Shown one piece after another: positions 9,651 through 19,083 of a DNA stretch of 64,000 bases; within the stretch, counting starts at the first letter, position 1, and each line of letters opens with the position of its first letter. The notes beneath the pieces are model-generated. The model saw only the letters and a list, made by a program, of their open reading frames with translations, searched no databases and had not been told where the DNA came from. Source of the stretch: an uncultured Chlamydiales bacterium (GTDB lineage Bacteria > Chlamydiota > Chlamydiia > Chlamydiales > Rhabdochlamydiaceae); assembly GCA_963700985.1 (NCBI GenBank), contig OY969554.1:288001-352000 (forward strand), written 5' to 3'. The translations under genes were made by a program, and so were the position numbers.

Positions 9651-10158
9651 AGAAATTCGCGCTCCAAAAGTGCGTGTAATCGACAAAGATGGCGGCCAGT
9701 TGGGCGTGCTTTCGCTTTTGGAAGCCCTCATGAAAGCCGAAGAGGCGGGGCTCGATCTAGTTGAAATTTCTGCCTCGGCTGACCCTCCGGTTTGTAAGAT
9801 TATTGACTATGGTAAGCTGCGTTATCAGCAAACTAAGAAAGAGAAAGAGAGCAAAAAATCTCAGCACCAAGTCAAAGTTAAAGAAGTTAAGTTGAAGCCA
9901 AATACAGATGAACATGATGTTGGAGTAAAACTCAAACACGCCAGAGAGTTCATTGTAAAAGGCAACAAGGTGCGCCTCACTTGTGTCTTCCGCGGAAGAG
10001 AGATGATGCACCCTGAATTTGGTCAAAAAATTGTACACCGTATGTGTGAAGAGCTTTCAGACATCGCAACTCCTGAAGCTCCACCAAAGATGATGGGACG
10101 CAGCCTGTCTGTGGTTTTAGCACCTGGTGCGAAAAAGAAAGCAGCGAACACTGGTTGA
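9637..10158 (+). CDS. infC: Translation initiation factor IF-3
   Basis: [40 protein letters not shown] start with GAGGT RBS and an in-frame TAA three codons upstream. Confidence 0.97.
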   Translation: MRINREIRAPKVRVIDKDGGQLGVLSLLEALMKAEEAGLDLVEISASADPPVCKIIDYGKLRYQQTKKEKESKKSQHQVKVKEVKLKPNTDEHDVGVKLKHAREFIVKGNKVRLTCVFRGREMMHPEFGQKIVHRMCEELSDIATPEAPPKMMGRSLSVVLAPGAKKKAANTG

Positions 10159-10183
10159 TAGAGTTTATTAAGGAGAGCAAACC

Positions 10184-10378
10184 GTGCCAAAGATGAAAAG
10201 CCGTAAGGCGTTTAAATCAAGATTCAAAGTCACTGGAACTGGCAAACTTTTACGTCAGCGTCCAGGACGCCGTCACAAATTGACGAAGAAATCAGCGAAG
10301 CGCAAGAGACATCTGAGAAAAGATGCTGTTGTGAGTGCAGGACAGACAAAAATGTACCGCCGCCTGATTAGTGTATAA
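10184..10378 (+). CDS. rpmI: 50S ribosomal protein L35
   Basis: MPKMKS...RFKVTGTGK...H.LTKKS. Confidence 0.97.
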   Translation: MPKMKSRKAFKSRFKVTGTGKLLRQRPGRRHKLTKKSAKRKRHLRKDAVVSAGQTKMYRRLISV

Positions 10379-10401
10379 AAATTTAAAAGAGGAATGTTTC
10401 T

Positions 10402-10758
10402 ATGGCTAGAGTAACCAACGCCGTAGCTGCCCACAAAGCAAGAAAAAGACTGCTTAAGAGCGCTAAAGGATTTGTCGGAGATCGTAAAAATCACATTAGA
10501 CTTTCAGCAGATGCTGTATTGTCTGCAATGGCTTTCAACTACCTGCACCGTAAGCAGAAGAAGAGAGACTTCCGTAAACTTTGGATCATGCGCATTGGCG
10601 TAGGTGCAAAAATTAACGGCATCTCTTACAGTAAGCTAATCGGTGGTTTGAAATTAGCTGGTTGTGCTTTAGATCGAAAAATGCTTTCTGAGATGGCAAT
10701 CAAAGATCCAGAGAGTTTTGCTACTGTGGCAGCGCAAGCTAAAGCAGCACTCGCATAA
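10402..10758 (+). CDS. rplT: 50S ribosomal protein L20
   Basis: MARV...AKGF...KKRDFRKLWIMRI...LDRKMLSEMA. Confidence 0.97.
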   Translation: MARVTNAVAAHKARKRLLKSAKGFVGDRKNHIRLSADAVLSAMAFNYLHRKQKKRDFRKLWIMRIGVGAKINGISYSKLIGGLKLAGCALDRKMLSEMAIKDPESFATVAAQAKAALA

Positions 10759-10770
10759 TATCATCTATTC

Positions 10771-10795
10771 AAGCGGCTTCTAGAAGCCGCTTTTG
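10771..10795 (+). terminator. Intrinsic terminator after rplT
   Basis: AAGCGGCTTC-TA-GAAGCCGCTT followed by T residues. Confidence 0.7.
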
Positions 10796-10827
10796 CAATT
10801 TCTAATTAGAATCATGTAAGGTGTCTA

Positions 10828-11880
10828 ATGCACAAAGACGAGGCCGCTAGTTCAAAGACAGTCTCTGTCAAGCTATCGTCTCTTCGTCATGCCTTTCAGG
10901 CCGATCTGAATGGCGTTAAAGAGAGCAAAGATGTCGAACAGCTCAAAGTCAAATATCTGGGTAAAAAAGGCCCAATCCAAGAACTCCTCTTAGAACTGCG
11001 CAATTTTTCCAAAGAAGAGCGCCCAATCGCGGGCAAACTCATCAATGAAATCAAAGAAGAATTCGAAGCTCTTTGCAATCAAGCGGCGGCAGGCTTGCAT
11101 GAGATTCATCTCAAAGAGCGCCTTGAGCGCGAGAAAATCGATATTTCCCAGCCTGGGCGCCGTCAATTTTTAGGCCGCAAGCATCCTCTCACTTTGATGA
11201 TGGATGAACTGATTGAGATCTTTCAAGGTATGGGTTTTTCTGTGCAGATCGGCCCCGAGATCGATTCAGATTACTATAACTTCGAAGGCTTGAATTTTCC
11301 TAAGGATCACCCTGCGCGCGATATGCAGGATACGTTTTACATCACGCCAGATCTTCTGCTGCGTACACATACCAGCAACTCTCAATTACGCGTCATGGAA
11401 AGCCATGCGCCACCGTTGCGCATCATCTGTCCTGGCACTGTTTACCGCAAAGAGAACATCAGCGCTCGCTCGCATGTCTTCTTCCATCAGATTGAAGGTC
11501 TGTATGTAGACAAGGACGTTTCTTTTGCTGATCTTTTTGCCACCATGAACGAATTTTGCAATAAGCTGTTCAAAAAACATATTCCCACACGTTTTCGCCC
11601 TAGCTTTTTTCCTTTCGTCGAGCCCGGCTTAGAACTCGATATCCAGTGCACCTCTTGCGAGGGAAAAGGCTGCCGTCTCTGTAAGCAAACGGGTTGGCTT
11701 GAAGTTCTGGGTGCTGGCATGGTCCATCCGGAAGTGCTGCGCAATGGGGGAATCGATCCAGAAATCTACTCTGGCTTTGCTTGGGGAATGGGCATCGAGC
11801 GCCTCACCATGCTACGCTACGGCATCAAAGATATCCGTCAGTTTTTCGATAATGATATGCGCTTCCTTGCGCAATTCTAA
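10828..11880 (+). CDS. pheS: Phenylalanine--tRNA ligase alpha subunit
   Basis: HPARDMQDTFY, LLRTHTS, FHQIEGL, FRPSFFPFVEPG, GFAWGMGIERL. Confidence 0.98.
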   Translation: MHKDEAASSKTVSVKLSSLRHAFQADLNGVKESKDVEQLKVKYLGKKGPIQELLLELRNFSKEERPIAGKLINEIKEEFEALCNQAAAGLHEIHLKERLEREKIDISQPGRRQFLGRKHPLTLMMDELIEIFQGMGFSVQIGPEIDSDYYNFEGLNFPKDHPARDMQDTFYITPDLLLRTHTSNSQLRVMESHAPPLRIICPGTVYRKENISARSHVFFHQIEGLYVDKDVSFADLFATMNEFCNKLFKKHIPTRFRPSFFPFVEPGLELDIQCTSCEGKGCRLCKQTGWLEVLGAGMVHPEVLRNGGIDPEIYSGFAWGMGIERLTMLRYGIKDIRQFFDNDMRFLAQF

Positions 11881-12034
11881 TCCCTCTTAAAGCAGCACCC
11901 ACTTCCTATAAGCTTAATCAATCGTCCAATGCGCAAATTAAACTATTTAGTATGTATATTTTATTATTGAAGTTATTCTTAAAAAGAACTAAAATATTTG
12001 TAATTAATTATTAAAATGAGGATTTTGTTAAACT

Positions 12035-13756
12035 ATGGCAACAGCAAATAGTTCTATTTCATCCTTAACTCACTCGATTTCAAGCGCTTTGGTTATTAGT
12101 GATGAATCTAATTCACCAAGCGAGTTGAGAAGACGTCTTGATACAGGGCCGCTTTCGGCTAAGGTAGCAGGGCCATCTCAAAATGCGCATCTGGGACGCG
12201 TAGGCAGTGTGATCTGGGCAGAAGCTTTTTCCTATCTATCACTCCGAGAATTATGTTCTGGCGTTGTGCAAGCTTGCAAATATACACGCAAGTGTTCAAC
12301 TGAAGCATTAATGCTTATTTTTAAGTGCTCAGCATATGGAACCCATGGAATGGGTGGGCACCATTTTTGGCAATTTCCTGGCATGTTTGCAAAATTAAGA
12401 GGGGAAACTCTAAGCATCGATCAGCTTATTATGAAATATTGGAAGAATAAGAAAAGTCTCATTTTAGACTCATTTCATACTTCTGATAATAATCCTTTGG
12501 CTTTTAAAGCTATGAGTGCTTGCGGCTCTGAATTGGAAAATCTTATTGTTCATAACGTGCTGGAACTCCCACATGATGGTGAAATGGCTAAATTAGTTTC
12601 AGCCTTTCCTAATCTCAAAGAGTGCTCGCTCGTTCGCACAAAACCTACTGATAGTTTATTACGGGCGCTGGCTTCTTGTAGATCGCTTAAAAGCTTTAAA
12701 TTTAGCGCGCCTGGAGATTCTGATTACATGAGACATATAGATGCACGATCAAGGACTATTGCTACTTATGTACATAGTCGCCAAGATTCTATTCTCGAGC
12801 TTTTATCCTCTAACTCATTAGAGACATTTCATCACAATGGATGGCAGCTAACAGTTCCCGTTCTTAAGGCTATTGCTACTCATCAGCCGCAAATTAAAGA
12901 TCTTGCGCTAGGCCATAGCGGAGATTGTTTGGTAATCCCCGGTACTATATATCGTTTGCTTACCGTTTTTGATGGCCTAGATTTTGATCTTTTAGAGCGC
13001 GAGCTCATCACCACTCTTCAAACTACTCGCCAGTTGGAGACTCTTTTGCTTCGTCAAAATTTGGATTCTTTTTCTCCAATAGCTCCTCCTGGTGCTCGCA
13101 CACATTTTGTCACAGATGAAACGCTTCAGACGTTGGCTAAAAGTTGCAGTGATTTAAGACAACTTGAGCTTTTTGATTGTGCCCATATCACTAAGGCGGG
13201 TATCACATCTTTAGCCAAAGGTTGCCTTAACTTAGAAACGCTTTTTCTGAGCCAAGAACGTTATTATCCTATGGGTGAGATTGAACCGGCTGTTTATAAT
13301 GGAGTTGATGATGCGGCTCTGAAAGAGCTTTCTCTTGTCTCTTCTAATCTGAGAAATTTTGCTGTTTCTTCACTTAATGTTACAGATAAGGGTTTTGCAC
13401 ATCTAATGGCTTGCCAAAAGCTAGAGAGTCTAAATTTACGTAGGTGCAAAAGCATTACACCGCGCTGTCTGGAAGCTCTTCTATCTTCCATGCCGCCAAA
13501 TCTGGGATATATAAACCTTCAAAATACATTCGCTAACTCTAGGCCTGTTGTAGAGGGTATAGATATGCTACTCCAAAAAGTTTTGCCTCGACTTCCAAGT
13601 AGGTTTAAGCTCGAGCTAGATGTTGGCACGATATATATCGAAAAAGTAGAAGGGCAGAAAAGGTTAGCTTTTAAAGGTTTTCGGCAACGTCAAGAGAATG
13701 AGCATAGAATGTCTCATCTTGATGTGCTATGGAGCCAACGGCGTTCTACAGTTTAA
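12035..13756 (+). CDS. F-box-like + leucine-rich-repeat protein, paralogue 1 (candidate effector)
   Basis: IWAEAFSYLSLRELCSGVVQACKYTR F-box-like motif; Cys-containing LRRs (LRQLELFDCAHITKAGITSLAKGCLNLETL). Confidence 0.8.
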   Translation: MATANSSISSLTHSISSALVISDESNSPSELRRRLDTGPLSAKVAGPSQNAHLGRVGSVIWAEAFSYLSLRELCSGVVQACKYTRKCSTEALMLIFKCSAYGTHGMGGHHFWQFPGMFAKLRGETLSIDQLIMKYWKNKKSLILDSFHTSDNNPLAFKAMSACGSELENLIVHNVLELPHDGEMAKLVSAFPNLKECSLVRTKPTDSLLRALASCRSLKSFKFSAPGDSDYMRHIDARSRTIATYVHSRQDSILELLSSNSLETFHHNGWQLTVPVLKAIATHQPQIKDLALGHSGDCLVIPGTIYRLLTVFDGLDFDLLERELITTLQTTRQLETLLLRQNLDSFSPIAPPGARTHFVTDETLQTLAKSCSDLRQLELFDCAHITKAGITSLAKGCLNLETLFLSQERYYPMGEIEPAVYNGVDDAALKELSLVSSNLRNFAVSSLNVTDKGFAHLMACQKLESLNLRRCKSITPRCLEALLSSMPPNLGYINLQNTFANSRPVVEGIDMLLQKVLPRLPSRFKLELDVGTIYIEKVEGQKRLAFKGFRQRQENEHRMSHLDVLWSQRRSTV

Positions 13757-13765
13757 TCTTAAGCT

Positions 13766-15400
13766 ATGGCAACCCCTATAATTTCCAGCGCTTTAATTAG
13801 CGCAACTCAAGGCAGCGGGTCTGGTTCATCAAGTGTATCGAGAAGACGCGTTGATGCAGGGCCGTTTTCGGTTGAGATAGCGCCGCCATCTCATAATGCC
13901 CATCTCATGCGCATAAGCAATGTGGCTTGGGAAGAAGCTTTTTCCTACCTATCCTTCAAAGAGCTATATTTTGGTGTTGTGCAAGCATGCAAATACATGC
14001 GTCAGCGTTCAGCTGAAGCCTTGGTGCCTATTTTCAAGCGCTCAGCATATGGAAGTGCAAATTTTATCGGTCGAGGAGGAGAGCATCATTTTTGGCGCTT
14101 TCCTGCAGCATTCGCAGCGTTGAGAGGGGAATCTCTAAGCACCGATCAGCTCATTAAGAAGTATTGGGCAAATAAGAAGTGCCTCACTTTGGACTCATTT
14201 TCTCATACTAGTCTAGATTTTGGATGCGGGGATTTTAAAGCCATGCGCGCCCATAGCTCTTTATTGGAAAGTCTTACTGTTGAGAAAGCGCATGAAAACC
14301 CAGTCACTGGTGAAATAACCCGCTTGATTTTAGCATCTGCTAATCTCAAAGAGTGCTCGCTTTTTAACGCGCATCCTAGTGAAAGTTTGTTAATGGCGCT
14401 TGCTTCTCGCAGATCGCTTAGAAGCTTTAAATTTTTTGAGTCTGCAGATTCACGCTTCGTGCCATATTTTGAAACAAATATTGCGCGCAATACCGATTTT
14501 TTTTCTCGTTATGAAGCGGCTATTCTCAGCCTTTTGTGCTCTAATGAACTCGAATCATTTCATCATAATGGATGGCAGCTAACTACTGATGTGCTCCACG
14601 CCATAGCGCTTTGTCAGTCGCAAATTAAAGATCTTGCGCTTGGCTTTAGTGGTTATTCTGAGTCTAGTGAGGGGGGGTATGGGGCCCTGGCTGGTGTGGG
14701 TTTTGCTCTTTTAGAGCGTGAGCTCATTACCACTCTTAAAGCTACGCGGCAATTGAAGACCCTCATGCTTCGTCAAGATTGGACTTCTTGTGCGCATCCA
14801 GAAGAACCCAATGCGCGCAAATATTTTGTCACAGATAAAACGCTTGAAACGCTCGCTGAAAGCTGTAGTGATTTAACACGGCTTGAACTTTTCAATTGCA
14901 CCAATATAACTTCGGAAGGCATTACTTTTTTAGTGCTGGACTGCTTTAATAGTTTAGAACAGCTTTTTCTGGTTCAGGAGTGGTATGCTCCGCTACGTCA
15001 ACCAACTTCTTATGATGCAATTGATGATAAAGCTCTGAAAACGCTTTCTTACTGGTGTGACAAACTAAAAGATTTTGCTATTTCTTCTCGTAGCATTACA
15101 AATATAGGCGTTGCCCATCTATTGGCTTGCCCCAAGTTAGAGAGTCTGAATTTAGATGGATGTAGACTTCTAACACCAGACTGTCTGCAAACTCTTCGAA
15201 CATCTTTGCCGCCAAATCTGGATTATATAAACCTTCAACACACCTTCGTAAACTCTCCGACTGTAATTAAAGATATAGAGACTTTACTTCTCGAGCTTCT
15301 ACCGCGTCTTCTGGCGAAATTTAAGCTCGATCTAGATATCGGTACGTACTTCATCGAAAGAAAAAACGAGAAAAATAGTCTATTTTTTAAATGCTGTTGA
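13766..15400 (+). CDS. F-box-like + LRR protein, paralogue 2
   Basis: WEEAFSYLSFKELYFGVVQACKY; FHHNGWQLT; LRR-CC repeats. Confidence 0.8.
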   Translation: MATPIISSALISATQGSGSGSSSVSRRRVDAGPFSVEIAPPSHNAHLMRISNVAWEEAFSYLSFKELYFGVVQACKYMRQRSAEALVPIFKRSAYGSANFIGRGGEHHFWRFPAAFAALRGESLSTDQLIKKYWANKKCLTLDSFSHTSLDFGCGDFKAMRAHSSLLESLTVEKAHENPVTGEITRLILASANLKECSLFNAHPSESLLMALASRRSLRSFKFFESADSRFVPYFETNIARNTDFFSRYEAAILSLLCSNELESFHHNGWQLTTDVLHAIALCQSQIKDLALGFSGYSESSEGGYGALAGVGFALLERELITTLKATRQLKTLMLRQDWTSCAHPEEPNARKYFVTDKTLETLAESCSDLTRLELFNCTNITSEGITFLVLDCFNSLEQLFLVQEWYAPLRQPTSYDAIDDKALKTLSYWCDKLKDFAISSRSITNIGVAHLLACPKLESLNLDGCRLLTPDCLQTLRTSLPPNLDYINLQHTFVNSPTVIKDIETLLLELLPRLLAKFKLDLDIGTYFIERKNEKNSLFFKCC

Positions 15401-15472
15401 TCTCCAAGTAATTAACGTTGCTTCAATTATCCTCTTTTGTTTTTATAAAATAATTAATACATTTACTTGTTG

Positions 15473-15501
15473 TTGACAGTTAATTTAATAAATATTATAA
15501 T
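15473..15501 (+). promoter_or_regulatory. Consensus sigma70/sigma66 promoter for LRR paralogue 3
   Basis: TTGACA-17 bp-TATAAT, ending ~30 bp before ATG 15531. Confidence 0.8.
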
Positions 15502-15530
15502 TTTGTATTAATTATTATAACATTTAAATT

Positions 15531-17096
15531 ATGACAATCTCATCAAGTGTAGCGAGAATACGTACCGAGGCAGATTCAAGGGTATTTACTCCACCTTCGC
15601 AAAATCCGCATCTAGCCAAGATGGCTACTAGTGTGATTTGGGCAGAGGCCTTTTCATATCTATCGCTAGAAGAATTATGTCTTGGTGTGGTGCATAGCTG
15701 CAAAGATTTGCGTAAGTATTCTGCTCAAGCTTTGCTGCTTATTTTCAGAAACTCTGTTTATGGCACAAGGAGTTTTCAAAGGAGTGCGCATGCATTCCAT
15801 GCTTTGAGAGGCGAGAATCTCACAACGGATCAGCTTATATCGAAATATTGGGCGAATAAAAAAACGATCGATTTAGACGGGTGTTCTCTCACACTAAATC
15901 CCGCAGGAGAATTAGATTTTCAAGCGATGTGTGCGCATGATTCAGCTATAACAAGCCTGAGGATCCGAAACGGGCTTGAATATGCTCTTATAGGAAGGTC
16001 GGCCCGCTTAGCTTTAGCTTCTCCTAATCTCACACAATGCGAACTTATTGGAGCATCTCCCTCGCTATCTTTTCTCGAAGCACTCGCTTCAAGATCAGCG
16101 CTTAATAGCTTTAAATTTTTTGAGCCTGCGATGAGTCCCTTTGTTGCATTGATGGAATATAATTTTCTGTTGGGGAATGTTGAGTTTTACCTCAAATATC
16201 AAACGGCTATTCTCAAGCTTTTAGACATGCGCACATTTGAATCATTTCATCACAATGGCTGGCAGCTGACAGCTTCCACTCTCCAATCTATTGCGGCTCG
16301 TCAGCCGCAAATTAAAGATCTTGCGCTTGGCTACAGTGGAAATAACATTTTTCCAGGGCAGCCCAATGGAATCTTTGCTGCATTAGATTACGCTGCTTTA
16401 GAACAAGAGTTAATTACCACCCTTAAAAATACTAAGCAGCTAAGATCCCTTTCTCTGCGCCAGAATTGGGCAACTTATTCTGCTTCACCGCATTCTCTTT
16501 CTTGCAAACATTTTGTTTCAGATCGAACGCTTGAAACACTTGCCCAGAGTTGTGATGATTTAAGAGAGCTTCGCCTTTTCAACTGTTCCAACATCACAGG
16601 CAAAGGCATTGCCAATTTGGCCAAGTGTTGCAAGCATTTAGAAACACTCTCGCTCGTTCAGGAGTGGTATAATATATGGCTTCCGCAATACATCTTTTAT
16701 GATGCGATTGACGATAAAGCTCTGCAAGCCCTGGCTATTCATGCGTCGCAGCTAAAAAAACTTACTATTCGTTCAAGAAGTATCACTGATAAGGGTGTTG
16801 CCTGTGTGGCGGCTTGTCAAAAACTAGAAATCTTGGATCTCAATAGCTGCATGCAAGTCACAGCGCGCTGTATGCAGGCATTTCAATCTTTTATCCCGCC
16901 TAACCTACAGTACATTGATCTTCGAAAGACCTCAGATTCTAATACTTATCTTGGGGCTGGGAATATGGCATCCTCACTTCTGGAGCTTTTGCCCCGTCTT
17001 CCTGCTGCATTCAAACTTTTAATGGACACGGGCACTTTCAGTATCGAGCGAGAAAAAAGGGAAAATCGCTTGGCTTTTACTTATGCGCTTTCTTAG
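15531..17096 (+). CDS. F-box-like + LRR protein, paralogue 3
   Basis: IWAEAFSYLSLEELCLGVVHSCK; FHHNGWQLT; LRR-CC repeats. Confidence 0.8.
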   Translation: MTISSSVARIRTEADSRVFTPPSQNPHLAKMATSVIWAEAFSYLSLEELCLGVVHSCKDLRKYSAQALLLIFRNSVYGTRSFQRSAHAFHALRGENLTTDQLISKYWANKKTIDLDGCSLTLNPAGELDFQAMCAHDSAITSLRIRNGLEYALIGRSARLALASPNLTQCELIGASPSLSFLEALASRSALNSFKFFEPAMSPFVALMEYNFLLGNVEFYLKYQTAILKLLDMRTFESFHHNGWQLTASTLQSIAARQPQIKDLALGYSGNNIFPGQPNGIFAALDYAALEQELITTLKNTKQLRSLSLRQNWATYSASPHSLSCKHFVSDRTLETLAQSCDDLRELRLFNCSNITGKGIANLAKCCKHLETLSLVQEWYNIWLPQYIFYDAIDDKALQALAIHASQLKKLTIRSRSITDKGVACVAACQKLEILDLNSCMQVTARCMQAFQSFIPPNLQYIDLRKTSDSNTYLGAGNMASSLLELLPRLPAAFKLLMDTGTFSIEREKRENRLAFTYALS

Positions 17097-17183
17097 CTAA
17101 ACTTTAATATAATAGTTGAATAGATAGTTAAGTTTAGTGATAATATCTAAAATTAATTATTAAAATATTTGAGTTTTTAATTT

Positions 17184-18944
17184 ATGGCCGGCGCAATAAC
17201 TTCACTTCCTAGTTTAGAGAGAGCTCAGGTTGCATTAGATCAGGGCAGTGGATCCGGTTCGTCAAGCGTGGCGAGAAGACGCGTTGAGATAGCGCCTCCA
17301 TCTTGTAATGCACGCATTGGACGCGTTACTCCGCGGCTTCTGGTAGAGGCTTTTTCCTATCTATCTTTACGAGAGTTATGCCGCGGTGTTGTGCATGCAT
17401 GCAAATACACACGGCATCTTTCGGCCGATGCGTTGCTGCTTATTTTCAAAAACTCCGCTTACGGAGTGGATAATCATCAAAACAGCACGCACAATTTTTG
17501 GCGTTTTCCTGAAGTATTCATAGCATTGAGAAACGAGCAGCTGCCAGCTTTACCAGAGATATCAACTTTTGAAGAGATAATGGGGCTGCCAGATGAACAA
17601 CGAAGAGTAGCTTTTGATGAATTAGAAATTGCAAAGCAGGCAAGAACTGCACATCTTATTACGCAATATTGGGCTGGGAAGAAAAAACTCTGTCTAGATT
17701 CATTTCAACCTATGAACGGTAGGGATCAAGGCTTAGATTTAAAGGCCATGCAAACTCGAGGCGCATCCTTAGAAAGTCTTATTTTCCGTGACTCTGTTGT
17801 AAGATCTACAGACCGATTACTTACTAAGTGTGAATTTACCCACTTGGTATTGGCATCTTCTGGTTTAAAGCAGTGCGAGCTTATTGAATCGTTTCCCACC
17901 GTTCCTTTTTTTGAAGCGCTTGCTTCTTGTAAATCGCTTGAGAACTTTAGGTTTTTTGAGCCCATATGTTCCACAGCTCTTCTGACCTTAGAACAAAATA
18001 ATTCATATAATCCTGAATTTTTTTCTCGTCATGAAGTGGCTCTTCTCAAACTTTTGACTTCGGTCTCATTCGAATCATTCCATCACAATGGCTGGCAACT
18101 AACGATACCCACCCTAAAAGCCATTGCTACTCATCAGAAGCAAATTAAAGCCCTCTCGCTTGGGCACAGCGGAATTAGTCAGGTGCCAGGAAGGGAGAGG
18201 TACGGAATATTTGCTGGGATAAATTATGCTGATTTAGAAAAAGAGCTCATCGCTACTCTTCTCCTTACCAGCCAGTTGGAGTCGCTTTCTCTTCGCCAGG
18301 ATTGGACTTCTTGCGCAAACCCAGTACACCCAGATGTGCGCAAATACTACGTCACAGATCAAACGCTTAAGACGCTTGCTCTAAGTTGTGGTAACTTAAG
18401 AAAGCTTCATCTTTTCAATTGTTCCACTGTAACCACAGCTGGTATCGCATCTTTAGCAACAGGCTGTCCTCATCTAGAAGCACTTTCTCTGATTCAGGAA
18501 TGGCATGATACCGAGTATGATCTGCCGATACCCACCTGGGAGCATGGTATTTACGAAGCTGTTGATGATGGTGCCTTAGAGGCGCTTTCCCTTCATGCTT
18601 TGCAACTTAAAGATCTTACTATTTCCTCAAGTAGCATCACAGATAAGGGTGTTGCATATCTAAAGACTTGCAGGCAGTTAGAAACCTTGGATCTCCGCAA
18701 TAGCGAACGAGTTACAGCGCAGTCTATGCGGGATTTTCTGCCTTTTATTCCACCTAAGCTGCGTTTCATCGACCTTAGAGGCACATCTGTATTTGAAACT
18801 CTTCCAGGAGCCAGTCTTAAAGATTACCTAAGGAAGCGTCTGCCGCATCTTCCTGCTACATTCAAACTTCTAATGGATAAAGGCATCTATTACGTCACAA
18901 GAGAAAAAGAGGAAAATCGCTTGGTTTTCTTTCCAAAAGCTTGA
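17184..18944 (+). CDS. F-box-like + LRR protein, paralogue 4
   Basis: LLVEAFSYLSLRELCRGVVHACKY; FHHNGWQLT; LRR-CC repeats. Confidence 0.8.
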   Translation: MAGAITSLPSLERAQVALDQGSGSGSSSVARRRVEIAPPSCNARIGRVTPRLLVEAFSYLSLRELCRGVVHACKYTRHLSADALLLIFKNSAYGVDNHQNSTHNFWRFPEVFIALRNEQLPALPEISTFEEIMGLPDEQRRVAFDELEIAKQARTAHLITQYWAGKKKLCLDSFQPMNGRDQGLDLKAMQTRGASLESLIFRDSVVRSTDRLLTKCEFTHLVLASSGLKQCELIESFPTVPFFEALASCKSLENFRFFEPICSTALLTLEQNNSYNPEFFSRHEVALLKLLTSVSFESFHHNGWQLTIPTLKAIATHQKQIKALSLGHSGISQVPGRERYGIFAGINYADLEKELIATLLLTSQLESLSLRQDWTSCANPVHPDVRKYYVTDQTLKTLALSCGNLRKLHLFNCSTVTTAGIASLATGCPHLEALSLIQEWHDTEYDLPIPTWEHGIYEAVDDGALEALSLHALQLKDLTISSSSITDKGVAYLKTCRQLETLDLRNSERVTAQSMRDFLPFIPPKLRFIDLRGTSVFETLPGASLKDYLRKRLPHLPATFKLLMDKGIYYVTREKEENRLVFFPKA

Positions 18945-19083
18945 TAGAGGTGGTCTATTAATTAATTTATTTATAAGTTAATTAAACTATTTAAGGATGT
19001 GGTAATTTTTAGTTAGCATTGATAATCATAATCGGATTTTACATAGTTAATCTTATTTCGTTTATTAAATTAAAAGTTTAATC